Position numbers and translations under genes: made by a program. Of a stretch of 64,000 nt of DNA, positions 1-13,226 are shown one piece after another. Position 1 is the stretch's first letter, and the number at the start of each line of letters is the position of its first letter. This DNA comes from Lama glama. Taxonomy: Eukaryota. Below the pieces are notes generated by a model. That model saw only the letters and a program-made list of their open reading frames with translations. It was not told the DNA's origin and ran no database searches. The stretch is taken from the NCBI GenBank assembly GCA_028534125.1, contig CM052816.1, forward strand, positions 11,472,001-11,536,000. The letters run 5' to 3'.

Positions 1-110
1 CAGTGGTAGAGTGCAGTGTTTAGCATGCACAAGGTCCTGGGTTCAATCCCCAGTACCTCCATTAAATAAATAAATTAGCCTAATTACCTCCCCCACAGAA
101 ATAAAATAAA
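1..110 (+). mobile_element. tRNA-derived SINE (camelid Vic-type), cut by window edge
   Basis: CAGTGGTAGAG...TTAGCATGCACAAGGTCCTGGGTTCAATCCCCAGTACCTCC with a B-box and an AATA-rich tail; same family as the other copies in the window. Confidence 0.85.
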
Positions 111-1939
111 ATGGTGTAATCACGTTTCCAATAAACAGATAAATAAATATTTGTTGAAAGTGTGAACGACACTTAGAGAAGTTAATGTAAACATTGAGTA
201 TCTCCTCTCTTTTCAACTTTGAAAACGCCACCATGCCCAGTCTATTGCTCTCTGTGCAAAAGGTAATGTTTGTTGAAATGAAGACAATTGAATTTCAACT
301 TGCTTTCTCTTCTCATAGTTTAACAGAAGACTGCCATCATCCTAGTCCAAGATGGTGATGGCTCTAGATAGCCAAATGATTGCTCAGAATGGTTTTACCA
401 TGATTTGTAACACAGTGAGTCAATTGACCATTGCCTGTCGGGCTAATATAGCCACAGATAAACGCATGGACTCACATCACTCTTTACTTGCTGGTTACCT
501 ACAGAACCAGACAAAGCCTGAGAATAAACACAACTGACAGCTGATGGCAGGGCCATTTCTGGAGAAAAACTGAAAAACTGCAATTGGCTGAAACAGGGTT
601 CTTTTAGTTTTTGCTTTTTGAGCAGCCTTGTTAGAAATCACAAAAGCCTCAAAAATGAGATTGCCACTTTTTAAATTATTCTCAGTACATACAAGGCAAT
701 ATCTTTCTACTGGAGCATATTTTGTGAGTACCATGTGGAGCCTTAAAGCAGATCACTTAAGGATCCAGGGTCTAAATGGAAGCAGAGCAGGTGTTTACAA
801 CTTGCTTACCTCTCGTTCTTATTGTCAATAGAACTTAACTAGAACTGCAGGTTTTGGACTTTGTAATGACATGGAGACGCAGCAGTAGAAAACCCAAAAC
901 AATTAAGGGAAACTCCAAGGAATCAAAGAGCTGGGGATGAGGGAGAGGGTTGCCGAAGGTCACCTGACATCATTTAATCCAGCCCTTTGTGTTCAGGGGA
1001 CTTGAAAAGTAGTTACAAGTGATGGTAGGAGGAGTTTTGGTACTTAATCAGCCTGACAGGAGAGTAATTTTTCATTATATTGAAATGAATTCTCTCATGC
1101 AATAGTTTAATGTATTGTGTTTCGTTTGTTTTCTTTTTCTTTTTTGGGTTCCATTTGTTTTCAGTGTGGTTGTGATCCCTTCCAGTATAAAGTTTTTGCT
1201 TGCTTACTCAGCTGATCTTAATCCCTTCATTCTTTGGAACTCTTTTTTATTGGACAAGGGGAAGGTTTACACCAGCCTAGAACTAACTCTGTAAATCATT
1301 CATTTATCCGTCCACCCATGCATCCAGTATTTATTTTGTGCAACCTATAATGAAAAGGAATAATTGAACAACATAGTCATTGTCTTCAAGGAACTGAGTC
1401 CCAGAGAAGAAACAGACAAGAAATACACATCAGTAAAGGAGATAAGTGTGATGATGGGGGAAATATGGCGTCTAAAGGGGTCCTGACCTTGTCTCTTCCT
1501 CCTTCTCTTGCCCTCTTAACCTTTTGAAGTATTTTCTGAGTTTTAATCTGGTGGTGGTGGTAAGGGGGTCCATAATGCAAAACTATCCATATATCACAAA
1601 TGAAGGCAGAGCAAGGTAAGTGCCAGGTGAGGTTTGCCACAGGAACTGAAAAGGGAGACAGAATCTCTGACAGGGACAAACTGAGAAGATTTTCTAAAGA
1701 AGTGGCATTTGAACAGGACTTTTAAAAGTGTGGGCAAGATTTTGACAGACTGAACTGTGTGATGGCAAAAAGGTTGGATAGAAAGTCAGACAGTTCAGGG
1801 AAATAAGAAGGCTTTGGGAGGCACTTTGAATTTTGGTTCTCTTTTGCTTTTAACTTCCATACGTAAGCACGGCAGTTAATCCTAAATAATCCTAAATATG
1901 TGCCAGGATTTAAATGTATTCTTACCAAGACATTTGTCT

Positions 1940-2470
1940 GCACAGGCTCTTTTCCTTCTGTGAACCACCTCTCCTTTATCCCCTAGTAATTCTGCCCAGT
2001 CCCTGTGGTGCAGGTGGGCTGACCCTGCCCTTCTGTCTGGCTGCAGGGGTGGCCACATGACCTAGTTCTGCCCAATCAGAGTATTCCTTAGATCCCATCC
2101 ACAGCAATTGCTTAGAGATTTGCTTAGGACCCAAGGTAAGCTAATTAGCATCTCGCAGAGCTGTCATGGGGTATGCCCTCAATTTCTCTAAGATTAAGAG
2201 TCTTAAGAATGCTGTAGAGTTTGGCTGCCAGTATCTTTCTCTTGGAAAGAACGTTTCTGAGAATGAAGGAAGCAGCAGCAGGCAGAGCTGAGAGACGAGA
2301 GATACAGAATTCAGATGACTGTGAGCTCACAGATCCTGCCATGCCTAAGATCCACTCTTCAAATCTCCATGAAACTGCCAATCCCCTAGTCACCTCCCCT
2401 TCTTTATTTTCCCTTAAGTTAGTTTGGCAAGGGATTTTGAAAATTACAACTGAAAACATCCTCACATATA
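1940..2470 (+). mobile_element. MaLR LTR (MLT1-type), degraded
   Basis: GGCCACATGACCTAGTTCTGCCCAATCAGAG ... GCAGAGCTGAGAGA ... TTTCCCTTAAGTTAGTTTGG ... TACAACTGAAAACATCCT are typical old MLT1 motifs. Confidence 0.6.
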
Positions 2471-3389
2471 GAGCTGATTAACTGTGTTGACACAAGGGAA
2501 ATTTTCTTAGATAAGTTGGTCTAAACAGTAGTGATAAAAATTGACATTTTAGGTTGGCACCTGGCTTAGCCAGCTTTTCTTTCTCGATGAATTTTTGAAA
2601 GTCTCCAACAGCAACTTGACTGAAAATGGTAAAGCCACTGTGGTTATAGTACGTGGCCAACTAGATGCCCAGACTGGTTTTTTTTAGATCAAAGCCACAA
2701 AATTCTTTTAACCACGAATTACCTCACCGTGATTGTTTTGTGTATTTTAGGTATTCGAGTCCTTTCATTCCACAGAATCCTGAAATAGTTCTCTATCTGC
2801 ACCTAGGATTCTGTGAGTGTTACTTCATCCACCTCTGAGAGGTTCTCTCTCTCTGCAGCTCCCTCTTTCCCCACAGGCAGAAAGAGGCATACAGTGTGCA
2901 GAAGAGTCAATGTGCTTTCCTGAGAAATGAGAAAATTCTAATGACTCAACATGTCCTCATTTCTACTACCAAATTAGGGAAGGACTGTCACAAGTAACAA
3001 CGAAAAATGACCCGCTCAGGATTTTTCCCTACAACAAACTGTTTTGAGTTGACATGAGGCAACAAAATGAGGATAGATGCAGGAATGCAGTGACTCCTAA
3101 AACATCCTACTGTCTTCAAAAATGATACCAGTTTGCCCTCTTCATTTTGTCTTCACAGGCAGCTTTGCAAGAGTCAAGGCTGGGTGGTGCTCACTGTAGG
3201 AGTATGTGTTAGCAAAGCTAATTTCAGCATCTGTATAAAAATTTCCATCAGCTGCTTGCTGGTATCAAATATCACACTACCTGTGAAAGCTTCTTTGAGG
3301 GGTTGCATTTTAACTTCCTGCTTTGTTTTCGATGAAACTGAGAATTCTATTTGCCATCTGCCCTGCCTATTGGGTTCTTTTTTTTTTTT

Positions 3390-3889
3390 NNNNNNNNNNN
3401 NNNNNNNNNNNNNNNNNNNNNNNNNNNNNNNNNNNNNNNNNNNNNNNNNNNNNNNNNNNNNNNNNNNNNNNNNNNNNNNNNNNNNNNNNNNNNNNNNNNN
3501 NNNNNNNNNNNNNNNNNNNNNNNNNNNNNNNNNNNNNNNNNNNNNNNNNNNNNNNNNNNNNNNNNNNNNNNNNNNNNNNNNNNNNNNNNNNNNNNNNNNN
3601 NNNNNNNNNNNNNNNNNNNNNNNNNNNNNNNNNNNNNNNNNNNNNNNNNNNNNNNNNNNNNNNNNNNNNNNNNNNNNNNNNNNNNNNNNNNNNNNNNNNN
3701 NNNNNNNNNNNNNNNNNNNNNNNNNNNNNNNNNNNNNNNNNNNNNNNNNNNNNNNNNNNNNNNNNNNNNNNNNNNNNNNNNNNNNNNNNNNNNNNNNNNN
3801 NNNNNNNNNNNNNNNNNNNNNNNNNNNNNNNNNNNNNNNNNNNNNNNNNNNNNNNNNNNNNNNNNNNNNNNNNNNNNNNNNNNNNNNNN
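3390..3889. other. Assembly gap (500 N)
   Basis: Exactly 500 N, a fixed-size placeholder, preceded by a poly-T run. Confidence 0.99.
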
Positions 3890-4234
3890 GAGTACAAGCA
3901 GACAGCTAACCTTCCCTGGGTGCTTCCTTTGCCCAGACCCTGTGCTAAGCCCTTTACAGGAATTGCCTCATTACATCCTCCCAATAACCCTAGGAGGTAG
4001 GTTTAATATTTCCATTTTATATTTATATGCTCAGAGTCACTAAGTAACTTGCCCGGAAGCACACAGCCGGTTACGTGAATGAAGAGCCTTTGTCCTGAAT
4101 CACCGCCTTATCTTGTTTACTTATCTCACTGGAAGTCTAGGGTCAGAAGCAGCAGAAAATTGAATACATATTTTTAAAATGATACAAAAAACCCTATTCC
4201 TCTTACTCAGAAAGAAGTTTAAAAATATATATGT

Positions 4235-4375
4235 GGGGTGGGGGTATAGCTTAGTGTTAGAGTGTGTGCTTAGCATGCACGAGGTCCTGGGTTCAGTTCT
4301 CTGTATCTCCGTTAATAAATAAACCTAATTACCCACCCCACCCCCCAAAAAAGACCTGATTAAATAAAATTTTTA
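4235..4375 (+). mobile_element. tRNA-derived SINE (Vic-type)
   Basis: GGGGGTATAGCTTAGTGTTAGAG..GGGTTCAGTTC..AATAAATAAACCTAATTACC, flanked by AAAAATATATAT repeats (TSD-like). Confidence 0.85.
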
Positions 4376-4424
4376 AAAATATATATATACATATATGTGT
4401 ATACATACACACACACACACATCA

Positions 4425-4600
4425 GTGGGCAATGGGGAGCTATTGTTTAATTGGTACAGAGTTTCAGTGTGGGATGATGAAAAGCTCTGGAGCTGGGTAG
4501 CAGTGGTGATTGCACAACAGTGTAAATGAACTTAACGCCACTGACCTGTACACATAAAATGGCTAAAATGGCAAATTTTGTGCTATACATATTTTTAACT
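4425..4600 (+). mobile_element. Old L1 (L1M) 3' end
   Basis: GGTACAGAGTTTCAGTGTGGGATGATGAAAAG..GGTGATTGCACAACAGTGTAAATG..AAAATGGCTAAAATGG. Confidence 0.8.
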
Positions 4601-5683
4601 TAATTATATACATATGTAACAAGTGTGTCAGCATGAGAGGTGCCAGGGCCATGTTCCCATGTGAAATGCCACCTTCCCTTCCTGTAGGAGGCCAGGTCAA
4701 TTCAGCTCATAACTCTTAGCTCGTAACAGTGTAGCTCAGACTCTCGTAGTGCCTCTTCCTATCTGTCACTGGTATCCTTGGAACTAAGTGTAGATTAACT
4801 CAGCATGAAATGATTCCCCCAAGATCAAAGGAGCACCTAAAATTTGCGGCGTCTGCCTCAGGAGTTTGGCCACATATGGAAAGGGCATTTCCTGTCTTCT
4901 TAGGGTTAGCAGGTCATCAGCTGAGTGGTTTTGAACCTGGCGCACTATGTTTTCTGGACAGTGCTGTTTGTCACCCAAAAAGGTACTGAATAAGGTGCTT
5001 GCCATCTAGAATATTTCAGCCGCCTCATGACTTCATGCTGCTCATTCCTCACATAGCTTTGTCATGGCTCGATTCGTGAAGACTTCATTTCTGCAGCCTG
5101 AGGAGTTATTCCATGACTCCAGGAAGTCTACCAGAGACATGAATGTGTTCATTTATTCATTCAGCCATTCAAAACACATACTGGGATTCCTAGTAGGGGC
5201 CAGGCTCTAGGCTGGGTGCATACTCCAAGCACAGTATTGAGAGACAAGGTGCCTGTTCTCCTGGTGCTTGGAAAAAAGATTAGGAAAATGACAGATCTGA
5301 CGTGAACTCAGCTCTATTTGAGTCCTGGAGTCTGAGCCCATGAGCATGCCTGGTATGAGCTTTCAATGGTGTGAGCTTTCGAGACAGAGCCTGGCACGTA
5401 GCAGGCACTTAGACACCGTCTGCTGAATGCCCTGGCTTCTGACCTGGGGATCTGGAGTGATGTGACCCTAGGGGGCTGACACAGACCCAAGTGACGGAAA
5501 GCTCCTCACAATGAGTGGACTTGTCTTTCCTTGCCCTGTGTTCTGTCACCTGCTGTGGATGTGCTGGCTTATGCCCCTGCGTGCTAGGGTTGTCAGGTAA
5601 CCTGACCACTTCAATGGAAAGGAATGGCTCTCTCTGCCAGTGAAGTGGAGACTGCTCCTCACTTGCCCAGTAAACTCTGCCAT

Positions 5684-5731
5684 CTGCTTGGAGCAGAGAT
5701 ACCCTGCTTGGAGCAGAGATACCCTGTTTGG
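5684..5731. repeat. 20-bp tandem duplication
   Basis: CTGCTTGGAGCAGAGATACC x2 (5684-5723) plus a partial third unit CTGTTTGG. Confidence 0.9.
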
Positions 5732-8700
5732 CTGCACTGAATCCATCAGGTAGATGCAGCCCATCGACCAGGTGATGCCACGTAACCAGCTCAGCTGCGA
5801 AGAGACTTTACTGCCGTGAGTAATTGACATGTGCCTTCCTAGTGGTGTTCTGAAGCAGGTATCCAGTCACCCCGTCTCCTCTCCATCTGTTCCCTTCTCC
5901 CTCTCTCCCAACTTCCATTCTATTCCAGATATCGCTGTCCTGTCCTGCCTTTCCTTGCACCCATATGCCCAGAATAGAACCTACCTATTCATCCCTGACC
6001 ATTAAAAACACCCATTTTTTTTTCTAGAAAATTTCTCTCTATTGGCCAAACTTCATTTCCCTTAAACTGAACCACCTCATCGCCTGACATTTTCATAAAC
6101 CATCATTTCTTGAGTCTAAGACTTCTTTGTCTTAATCACTTTATTGGGTTATAATTTACATACCCAAAAAAGCACTCTCTTTAAGTGTTCAGTTTGATGA
6201 ATTTAGACAAGCTTATATAGCACCACATAAAGCATGTGCATTACCCCCAAAATATCACTATAGTTTATGGTTGTGCCATTCCTAGAATTTTATATAAATG
6301 GAATCAGACAACATGTACTCTTTAGTAAGACATTTCTTTTTTCATATCTTAGCATTTCTAAAATTGGATATGTCTTACAGTGAGCATGTAACACGGTAGT
6401 GTTTCTTTTTTTGCTTTAAGAGCTATAACTACATAATATATCTTATAATAGATAATATCTTTAAATCGGGGGTATATATGTATCATATGCGTGTGTGTAT
6501 ACATATACATACCACATATGCGTAGATACATATACACTGAATAGTTGGCTTTACCAAGGTGATAATCTTTACCTTGCTGTGTAGCTTCTCAGAGGGCCTA
6601 AAGCTGGATACTCCTGACAGGAGTTAAATAAATACTGCAGAAGGAGGTGATGGTGAGTTTCACAGTTTCCCAAAAATGTCTTCTAGTGGCAAGAACTTGC
6701 CAAAAACTCCTCTTGGAATGAGTCAATAGTCTCCAATTACAAAAGAGATTCTCTTTGAGGGCTCAGTTACCTCTGCATTAGTATGAGATAGCTTTTCCCA
6801 AAATTTGTTCCGTGGACAATTATTGATACCACTCAAGGTACTAATGAAAGGGAGGAGAGGGAGTACCACGGTCACAGAAATTTGGGAGACGGATCTTATT
6901 ATTTTTCTACAGCTTAGAGATTCACAATTCATTAGCATGCTAAAAGCACTGAAAAGTCCTGCAGTAAAGAGAAAGTGTTTAGCTCTGTTTTAATCTCAGG
7001 TTTGTTTGATCTTGGAGTTTCATGGAACATCTAAGAGCTTATAGACGACAGTTTGTGAAAGGCGGGTCTAATATATAAGCATAAATTTAAAAGGAGAAAG
7101 GGAGATATTAGGCGCTGAAGAGAGCTGTGTTTGAGCTGATCCCAGCTCGTGGATAAGGAGACTGAGAGTGCAGGGCTGAACAAGCACTTTCCCTGGTTTC
7201 ACAATCTCTTTATAGTTTGAAGGGACAGGTGGACAGGCAACCTCTCCTACGAGGAAACGAAAACAACATAAAAATATGCATTGGCTAATCCCTGGACTTG
7301 CTCCAGTGCGTGTGGCTGATAATTGAGGTTGAGGAAACCTTCTGCCCCAGCCACCTGCCTCAGCCATCCACAGTGGGGTGAGCTTCTATGTGTCCACTGT
7401 TTGGCCAGACATCTTTAACTGATGAGAAAACTGAAGCAGATAATAGAATGGTTTCCTAAAACAGAGAGGAACCGACCTACATGAACTCCCCTGATCATTT
7501 AAATGATGGCAGAACCCTTCTCAGAAACAGTATTGACCCCATACACACAGAGATGAAAGGAAATCACAGTGGGCCCAGTGAAAATTAGGCAGGACACTCA
7601 AAGAAATGTACAAGAGCTCCATTTCATTTTTTAAAAATATTTTAAACATTAACATACAGTAAAATTGATTTTTTCTCTCTTGGTATAAATTCCTATGAAG
7701 GTTAACGCATACATAGATTCATTTAACTGCCACCACAGCCAGGACAGTCCCTCCACCTTCAGAACTGGGTAGATTACATCCTCTTCCAACCCGTAACCCC
7801 TGGCAACACTGAAAACCACTATTTTCCATCACGATGGTTTTGCCATTCTGAGAAGCCCCTTTCCTTTTGCTACCCACTTTGCTTTATTTCTTCAAGAGGT
7901 CCCTGCCTGTTTATGTGTGAACACAAGAACTCCAAACCCAATGCCGGCACTTTCTTCTCTCTTGTTGCTGTATTGTTATTTACTGTAGGTAACAATTATT
8001 TGCACCTACTATGTACTAGGTACTAGACTAAGCTTTTCACAAACACTATCTCATTTTAATCTCACAATGGCCTTATGATATACGGATTTGGGGAACCGGT
8101 TCTTATTGATTCTTACACAAATATGGAAACTGGGTGTCAGGGAGGTTAGTGACTTGCCTGGGGCCTCCCAGCTAACAAAGAATTGAATCCCAGCACAAAC
8201 CCAGCTCCATTTGACTGCAGTCCTTAAACACTTCAGCCATCAATAAAAGGAAGGGGATTGTAACGAGAAAGGAGGTACATCGAGAGAGGTTTGGGGCCAT
8301 GTGGTTTTTTTTAAAGTTTGTACGTGTGAGTGGAGCTGGAGAACCATCTGGATGTCCCGACTTCTCAACCTCGGCTCCCTTCTTTATGCCTTCCTCCACT
8401 TGCCACATACAGTCCGCGGTGACCCAGTGGCATCTGCCTGCTGTTTCCAGGGGCTTGGGATGGTTTTAGTCCCCTTGGAAATTTAGCAGTAACCACCATC
8501 TGTGTCACAGCTCTGCAGTGGGACACAGTAGCTGGGACCAAGGAAAGGGGCTGGATGCCTTCTGGTTTGTGCCCAGCCTCAATTCTCTTGTGTGTCTTCT
8601 GACCTCATTTTTTTCCCCCTGGGCTGCTTGCAACACCAGCTGAAAAAGTTTCTAGGACACAGGCACCTGGTCTGTGTGCTGGAGGTGGCAGGTGCGTTCT

Positions 8701-11700
8701 TGCTGAGGTAGGGCGAGAGGGACAGGAATGTATGTGGTTGGCGTGATGCTTAACAAAGACTTTGGAGAGTCCCAGGGCAGCCACAGTTGTGTTGGGGAGA
8801 GTGAGACGCAGGGGAAAGGGGAGACAGACGTTAATGGGGAATCAGAGATGCTGGGGAAGTGGACTGGGTTCTTGCCTTGCATCTGCTGAGCCCCGCTGAG
8901 CTTGCCATTTGGGGAAGTGAAGCTGGTTGGCAAATTCGCTCCTAGAATCAACTCCTAGCTCCTTAAGGGTCTCAGAAGTGAGCTGCTGAGGCAGTGCATA
9001 CTGGAGGAAGCACACCCCTGAATCACGGCCACGGGGCATTTGGAGACAAACAAAACAAGCCCCAAATCAACATACCGTGGACCATCTCTGGATGACACTC
9101 GGTTAACAAGGTGTGAGCGATGGTGTGCAATTTAGAGTAGAACAGTGTTGAGTCGCTTTAATAACGACAACAGCTGACATTTACTGAGCCAATCGCTGTG
9201 CTCAGAAGTCACTGACATGAATCGTCTCACTGATTTCTCCCATCAGCCTGCGGAGGCAGGTCTATTATCATCTCCAGTTTACAGAAGGGGAATTGGAGGC
9301 CCTGAGGTCGAAGTGACTCACCAAAGTACACAACGACCGAGGGGCAGGATCAGGACTGGAATTCTGGTATTTTCGAACCTAAGTTCGCCAATTCTTAGCT
9401 TCACTGCTTTCCTGTCTGGTCTAATTCAGAAATAGTATAGGGAAACAGAGGGAGGAGGAAAAGACATCAGCCTTTCAGGAGCCCAGAATCTTTTCCAATG
9501 TGTGCAGAGATCCCTGGGCTTGGCTGCAGTACGGGAAGGAACAGGAACCAGTGGGATCTGCGCTGCCAGCCCTCTGGGACACGGCCGATCTTATCTGTTG
9601 GCTTGAAATCATTGCACGCTGTAGAAACCTACAACCATTTCTCAAGTTTTCTTTTTACACAATCCGCTTGGGAGGGTTGTAGACAGGCAGGCACAATGGA
9701 TTTTTTTTTTCTCTCTTGGGCTGGCACCATGAAGTGTGGCTGTTGGTTTCACCCTAGCATCCTGGTTGGCACAAGAAGTTTCAGGCCTCTTGGAGCCAAC
9801 AGAAAGATCTCGGTGAGCTTGTTTTGTAGATGAGCCAAGGTGAACAGAACAGGCTTTGGGCTTAAAAAGCTCCTGCACAGGAAGTTAAATGAACTCTTTC
9901 AGAGTGCTACCTTGACATCGAGTCCTCTGGAGAGACGTTGTACAAAATGGTAGCCTATGACAACAGATTATTTATGTCCTCTTTGCGGAGTACTTTACAC
10001 TTAGTCTTATCCCATCCTGGACTCGTCATAGGTTCAAGTTCAGTAATAATACCTATTACGCTCTCCTGCAAGGGCTGTCACTCCTGCTGTGTTTTGGAGA
10101 ATGCCTCATGCCCGGCAGGGCACAATCAACAGTCAATAATAATGTTTACCAGGATAATGATCTTCCAAACGCCTTTCATCCAAGGATCTCAAAGTGCTCT
10201 GCAAGCACTAATTAGTTAAGCCTCACCATGCTTCTCTGTTTTTATAATACATTTTCCCCATTTTACAGAATTTTAAATTGCAATCCAGCAACCTTAAGTA
10301 GCTTGTCAAAAGTCAGACAGCAAGTTTAAATGAATGATAATGATGATGCTTTGTCTTTACAGGACATAGGTTTTCTCAGGCTATCTGAGTATGTTGTAAA
10401 GATAATTTTCACACTGCCCTGGAGGAAGGAGGGTAGCAAGTATTATTGAGTGTTGATGGGTGTGGGTAAACTGAGGCTGAGAGGGCAGGTAGCTTGGTGA
10501 GGGTCTGGCTGAGGATGCAAGGTCATTCCTCTGCCTCTCAGAACAGGGTGGCCTCCCAGATAATCCTCAACTCTCTGAATCCGAGGGACGCATGATTGCT
10601 TTCACACTTACAGGAAAGGTAGCTATATTTTGGGGAGTAGAACAGGCTGCAGAATTACAGCCCTATTTACATCCAAGAATGCTCCGTTCATATTCCCATT
10701 GAAAAGGCAAAAGGGATGAGATGAGGCTCTTCGAGAAAGGTAGGCTCAGGAAATGAAGGAAATGGGTAGAGGGTGGGGTGGCTGCGAGCTCTGCCTTCTT
10801 GCAGCATCGTCACTAAACCAGGACCTGCCTGAAAGCAGGAACCTTCAGTGGCTTGGTTCTGTATTTCAGCCTCATGACAGGACTCGGTCCAGGACAGCTC
10901 GGAGGATGGGCACAACCTCGTCACCAGCACCTTGGTCTGAGGTTACAAGTCCCTGTGAAAGAGTCCCAGGGATGTGCGGTATCTGGCTGTCTCTTCCGAC
11001 CAACTCTAATTCCTCAACTCCTTATGCTGGGAGGGGCCTGGGAATCCTCTGTAGTTCAAAAAGGAGGGAGTTGTGGAGTCTTCTGTTGCTACCTTTTCTT
11101 AGCAACACGGCCACATCAAAAAAAAGATGAAAACATGAACCCAAACAGGCCAAGGTGATAGGAGACATGCCTCCTCCCAGCCTGGCAACACTTTCGGAGT
11201 GGGAGTGATTGGCAGTACTCTCGCCTGCAGGGAGGCAGGTCAGTCTTTGCAGGGTGGGGGAGGGGAGAGCTTGCAGGGTCTCAGGAATTCAAAGGGAGAT
11301 TTGCTGACCCCAGATGAGATAGAGCCCGATTCTTTCTAAATACAGCCTGCCTGAGAACCTGGCTCCCCTACCCTGACCCCACCTTTTCCAGACTTGTGGA
11401 TTCTGATTGATGACTAGACCTAGGGCTAGCAAGGAGCCTGAAGGAAGGGCGCCAAGCCCTTTTCTGGAATGTGTGCACACACCAGCACAATGGCAATCAA
11501 AAGTCTGCAGTAAAGAAATCACAGCAGTGCCCTGTTTCTTCCCACTGTCATCTCAGAATGTCTCCACGCTCCCCTGCTGCAGGGGTGGTGCCTTGAAGGT
11601 GCAGGGAACCCACGGAGGCGTAAGCTGCTGGGAGGAATATTTTAGAACCTTTTTCTGAACGCACACCACAAGCCTCTTCTCCTTCGTTAGGGAAGAAATC

Positions 11701-12749
11701 CGGGGAAGACCTTCCCACCCTCTGCTACCCTTCACAGCAGGGAGTCGTGAGACTCTGCTGCTGGTGTATTAGCTTCCTGTAGGTGGGAGTACACAGAATG
11801 CAGCTCAGACTTTCGAAGAATGCCAACCATCCAGGCCACAGCTCGCCATGTCCAGTTGGACACACTAACTCCAGGGGTGACAGCAAATAATCCTGCTGGA
11901 GTCACAAAGACCACGTCCCTCTCTTGAGATGTGCCTTTACCAGGATCCCCACAACGAGACTCACAGCCAGGTTAAAGTCCTAAGATGGGCTTGCAAGGCT
12001 GGACAGAGCAATTCCCATTATCCAAACCCCCCAAAGCATTGCTGGGTGATCTCCTGAGAGGCTCGACTGGGTCTGTTTGTTTTTTATTGCAGCCTCCGAT
12101 GTGCATTTTGTGTGTGTTCTATGCATTTGTTAAAGAACGGCTCCTGGACACCTCTGCTGTACTTTCACAGCCCAGCCTGTCCTGCCAGTCACTCCACCCA
12201 CATACCCGCTTCCTTCCCGCATGAACTTTGGGCATCAGGTGTCTTTGATAACCTCGAACGATTAAGAACGAGCATTGTCATAATGTTGCTTTATGACTGG
12301 GAGTGGAAAGATGGATCTGGGTAAAATACAAGCAAAACCCGACGTTTGGAAACTTCTCAGAGATCTCAAAAGCAGCAAGCGGTTAGATTTGTTTTCTCTC
12401 TTTTTCCCACCCTCTGCATTTCCCCTGCTGTGGTTGGCCTCAGAACAGCAGAAATGAGAGACCAAAAATCTAAGCAAGAAGGCTTTCCTTGACCTACCAC
12501 TTTCTGGACAAGAAGCAGGGAGAACCTAGGAAGCTGTAACAATGCTAAGAATTCCCGGATGGATTAGAGAGGCTCAGGATTCCACCAAATCCTAGCACAA
12601 CTATCGCCGCCCACAGAAATCTATCCCCAGGGAATCCTCCGCGGCGCTCTCTGAAATGTAACTAAAAGAAGAGAACCTCTCACGGGCGATGCACACAAAC
12701 CCAGCCTCCAAGTGGACACGATGATGTGAACAAATCAGATCTTTCTTAC

Positions 12750-13127
12750 CCCATCCATGTGGACTCTGATGTTCGGCACCGGCCGGAAAGGGCTGCACTG
12801 CAGACCTCCGGGCTGAGTCCTGCTTTTCCTGCCGTCCTGCGAGGCCAGCACGCCGGGCCTGCGGAAGGAGCCCCGTCTGCCCGAGCCTGGCCCCGAGCGC
12901 ACCCCGTCCAGGAGACGCACGAGCAGCAGGTTGGCCGGCAGTGCCTCGATGCTGCAAAACACCAGGGTCCGGCATTCGGGGCACCTCAGCTCCTTGTGGG
13001 CCTTGAAAATCCTCTGGAGACATGGTTTGCAGAAGGTGTGCTGGCAAGGGAGGACTTTGGCTGTGACATCGAGCTTTTCGAGGCACACGGGGCACTCCAG
13101 AAGATCAAGTAAGGTCACATCATCCAT
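12750..13127 (-). CDS. SH3RF2: SH3 domain-containing RING finger 2, first coding exon (RING domain, 126 codons); gene continues off the left edge
   Basis: Translates [79 protein letters not shown]...HMDG, a C3HC4 RING with the POSH/SH3RF-family [13 protein letters not shown] motif. ATG at 13127, phase-0 donor GGG|GTAAGA at 12749. Lies head-to-head with GRXCR2 as in other mammals. Confidence 0.95.
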
Positions 13128-13226
13128 TTTTATTTTAAAACTCCGGTCCTGACCTGGAGGGGCAGAGTCCACATGGTTGGGTCAGCTGAGCCCAAAGCGG
13201 CTGGAGAGTTTCAGAAGGTATGCCTG
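13128..13226 (-). other. SH3RF2: 5'UTR part of SH3RF2 exon 2 with tandem CAGCAG acceptor
   Basis: Minus strand reads TTTTTTCCTCCCTCTCCCTTTCTCCTTCCAG/CAG/GCATACC: a long polypyrimidine tract, then AG at 13228-13227 and at 13225-13224. Confidence 0.8.

Noticed and set aside
3133..4043. Long 200-258 aa ORFs (and similar ones at 23064-23795)
   Set aside because: Artefacts of translating through N gaps.
5684..5731. Short direct repeats as a CRISPR-like array
   Set aside because: Simple tandem duplication without spacers in a mammalian intron.
12601..13172. Overlapping alternate-frame and antisense ORFs over the SH3RF2 exon, and the GTG-initiated N-terminal extension
   Set aside because: GC-rich shadows of the real exon with no recognisable protein similarity.
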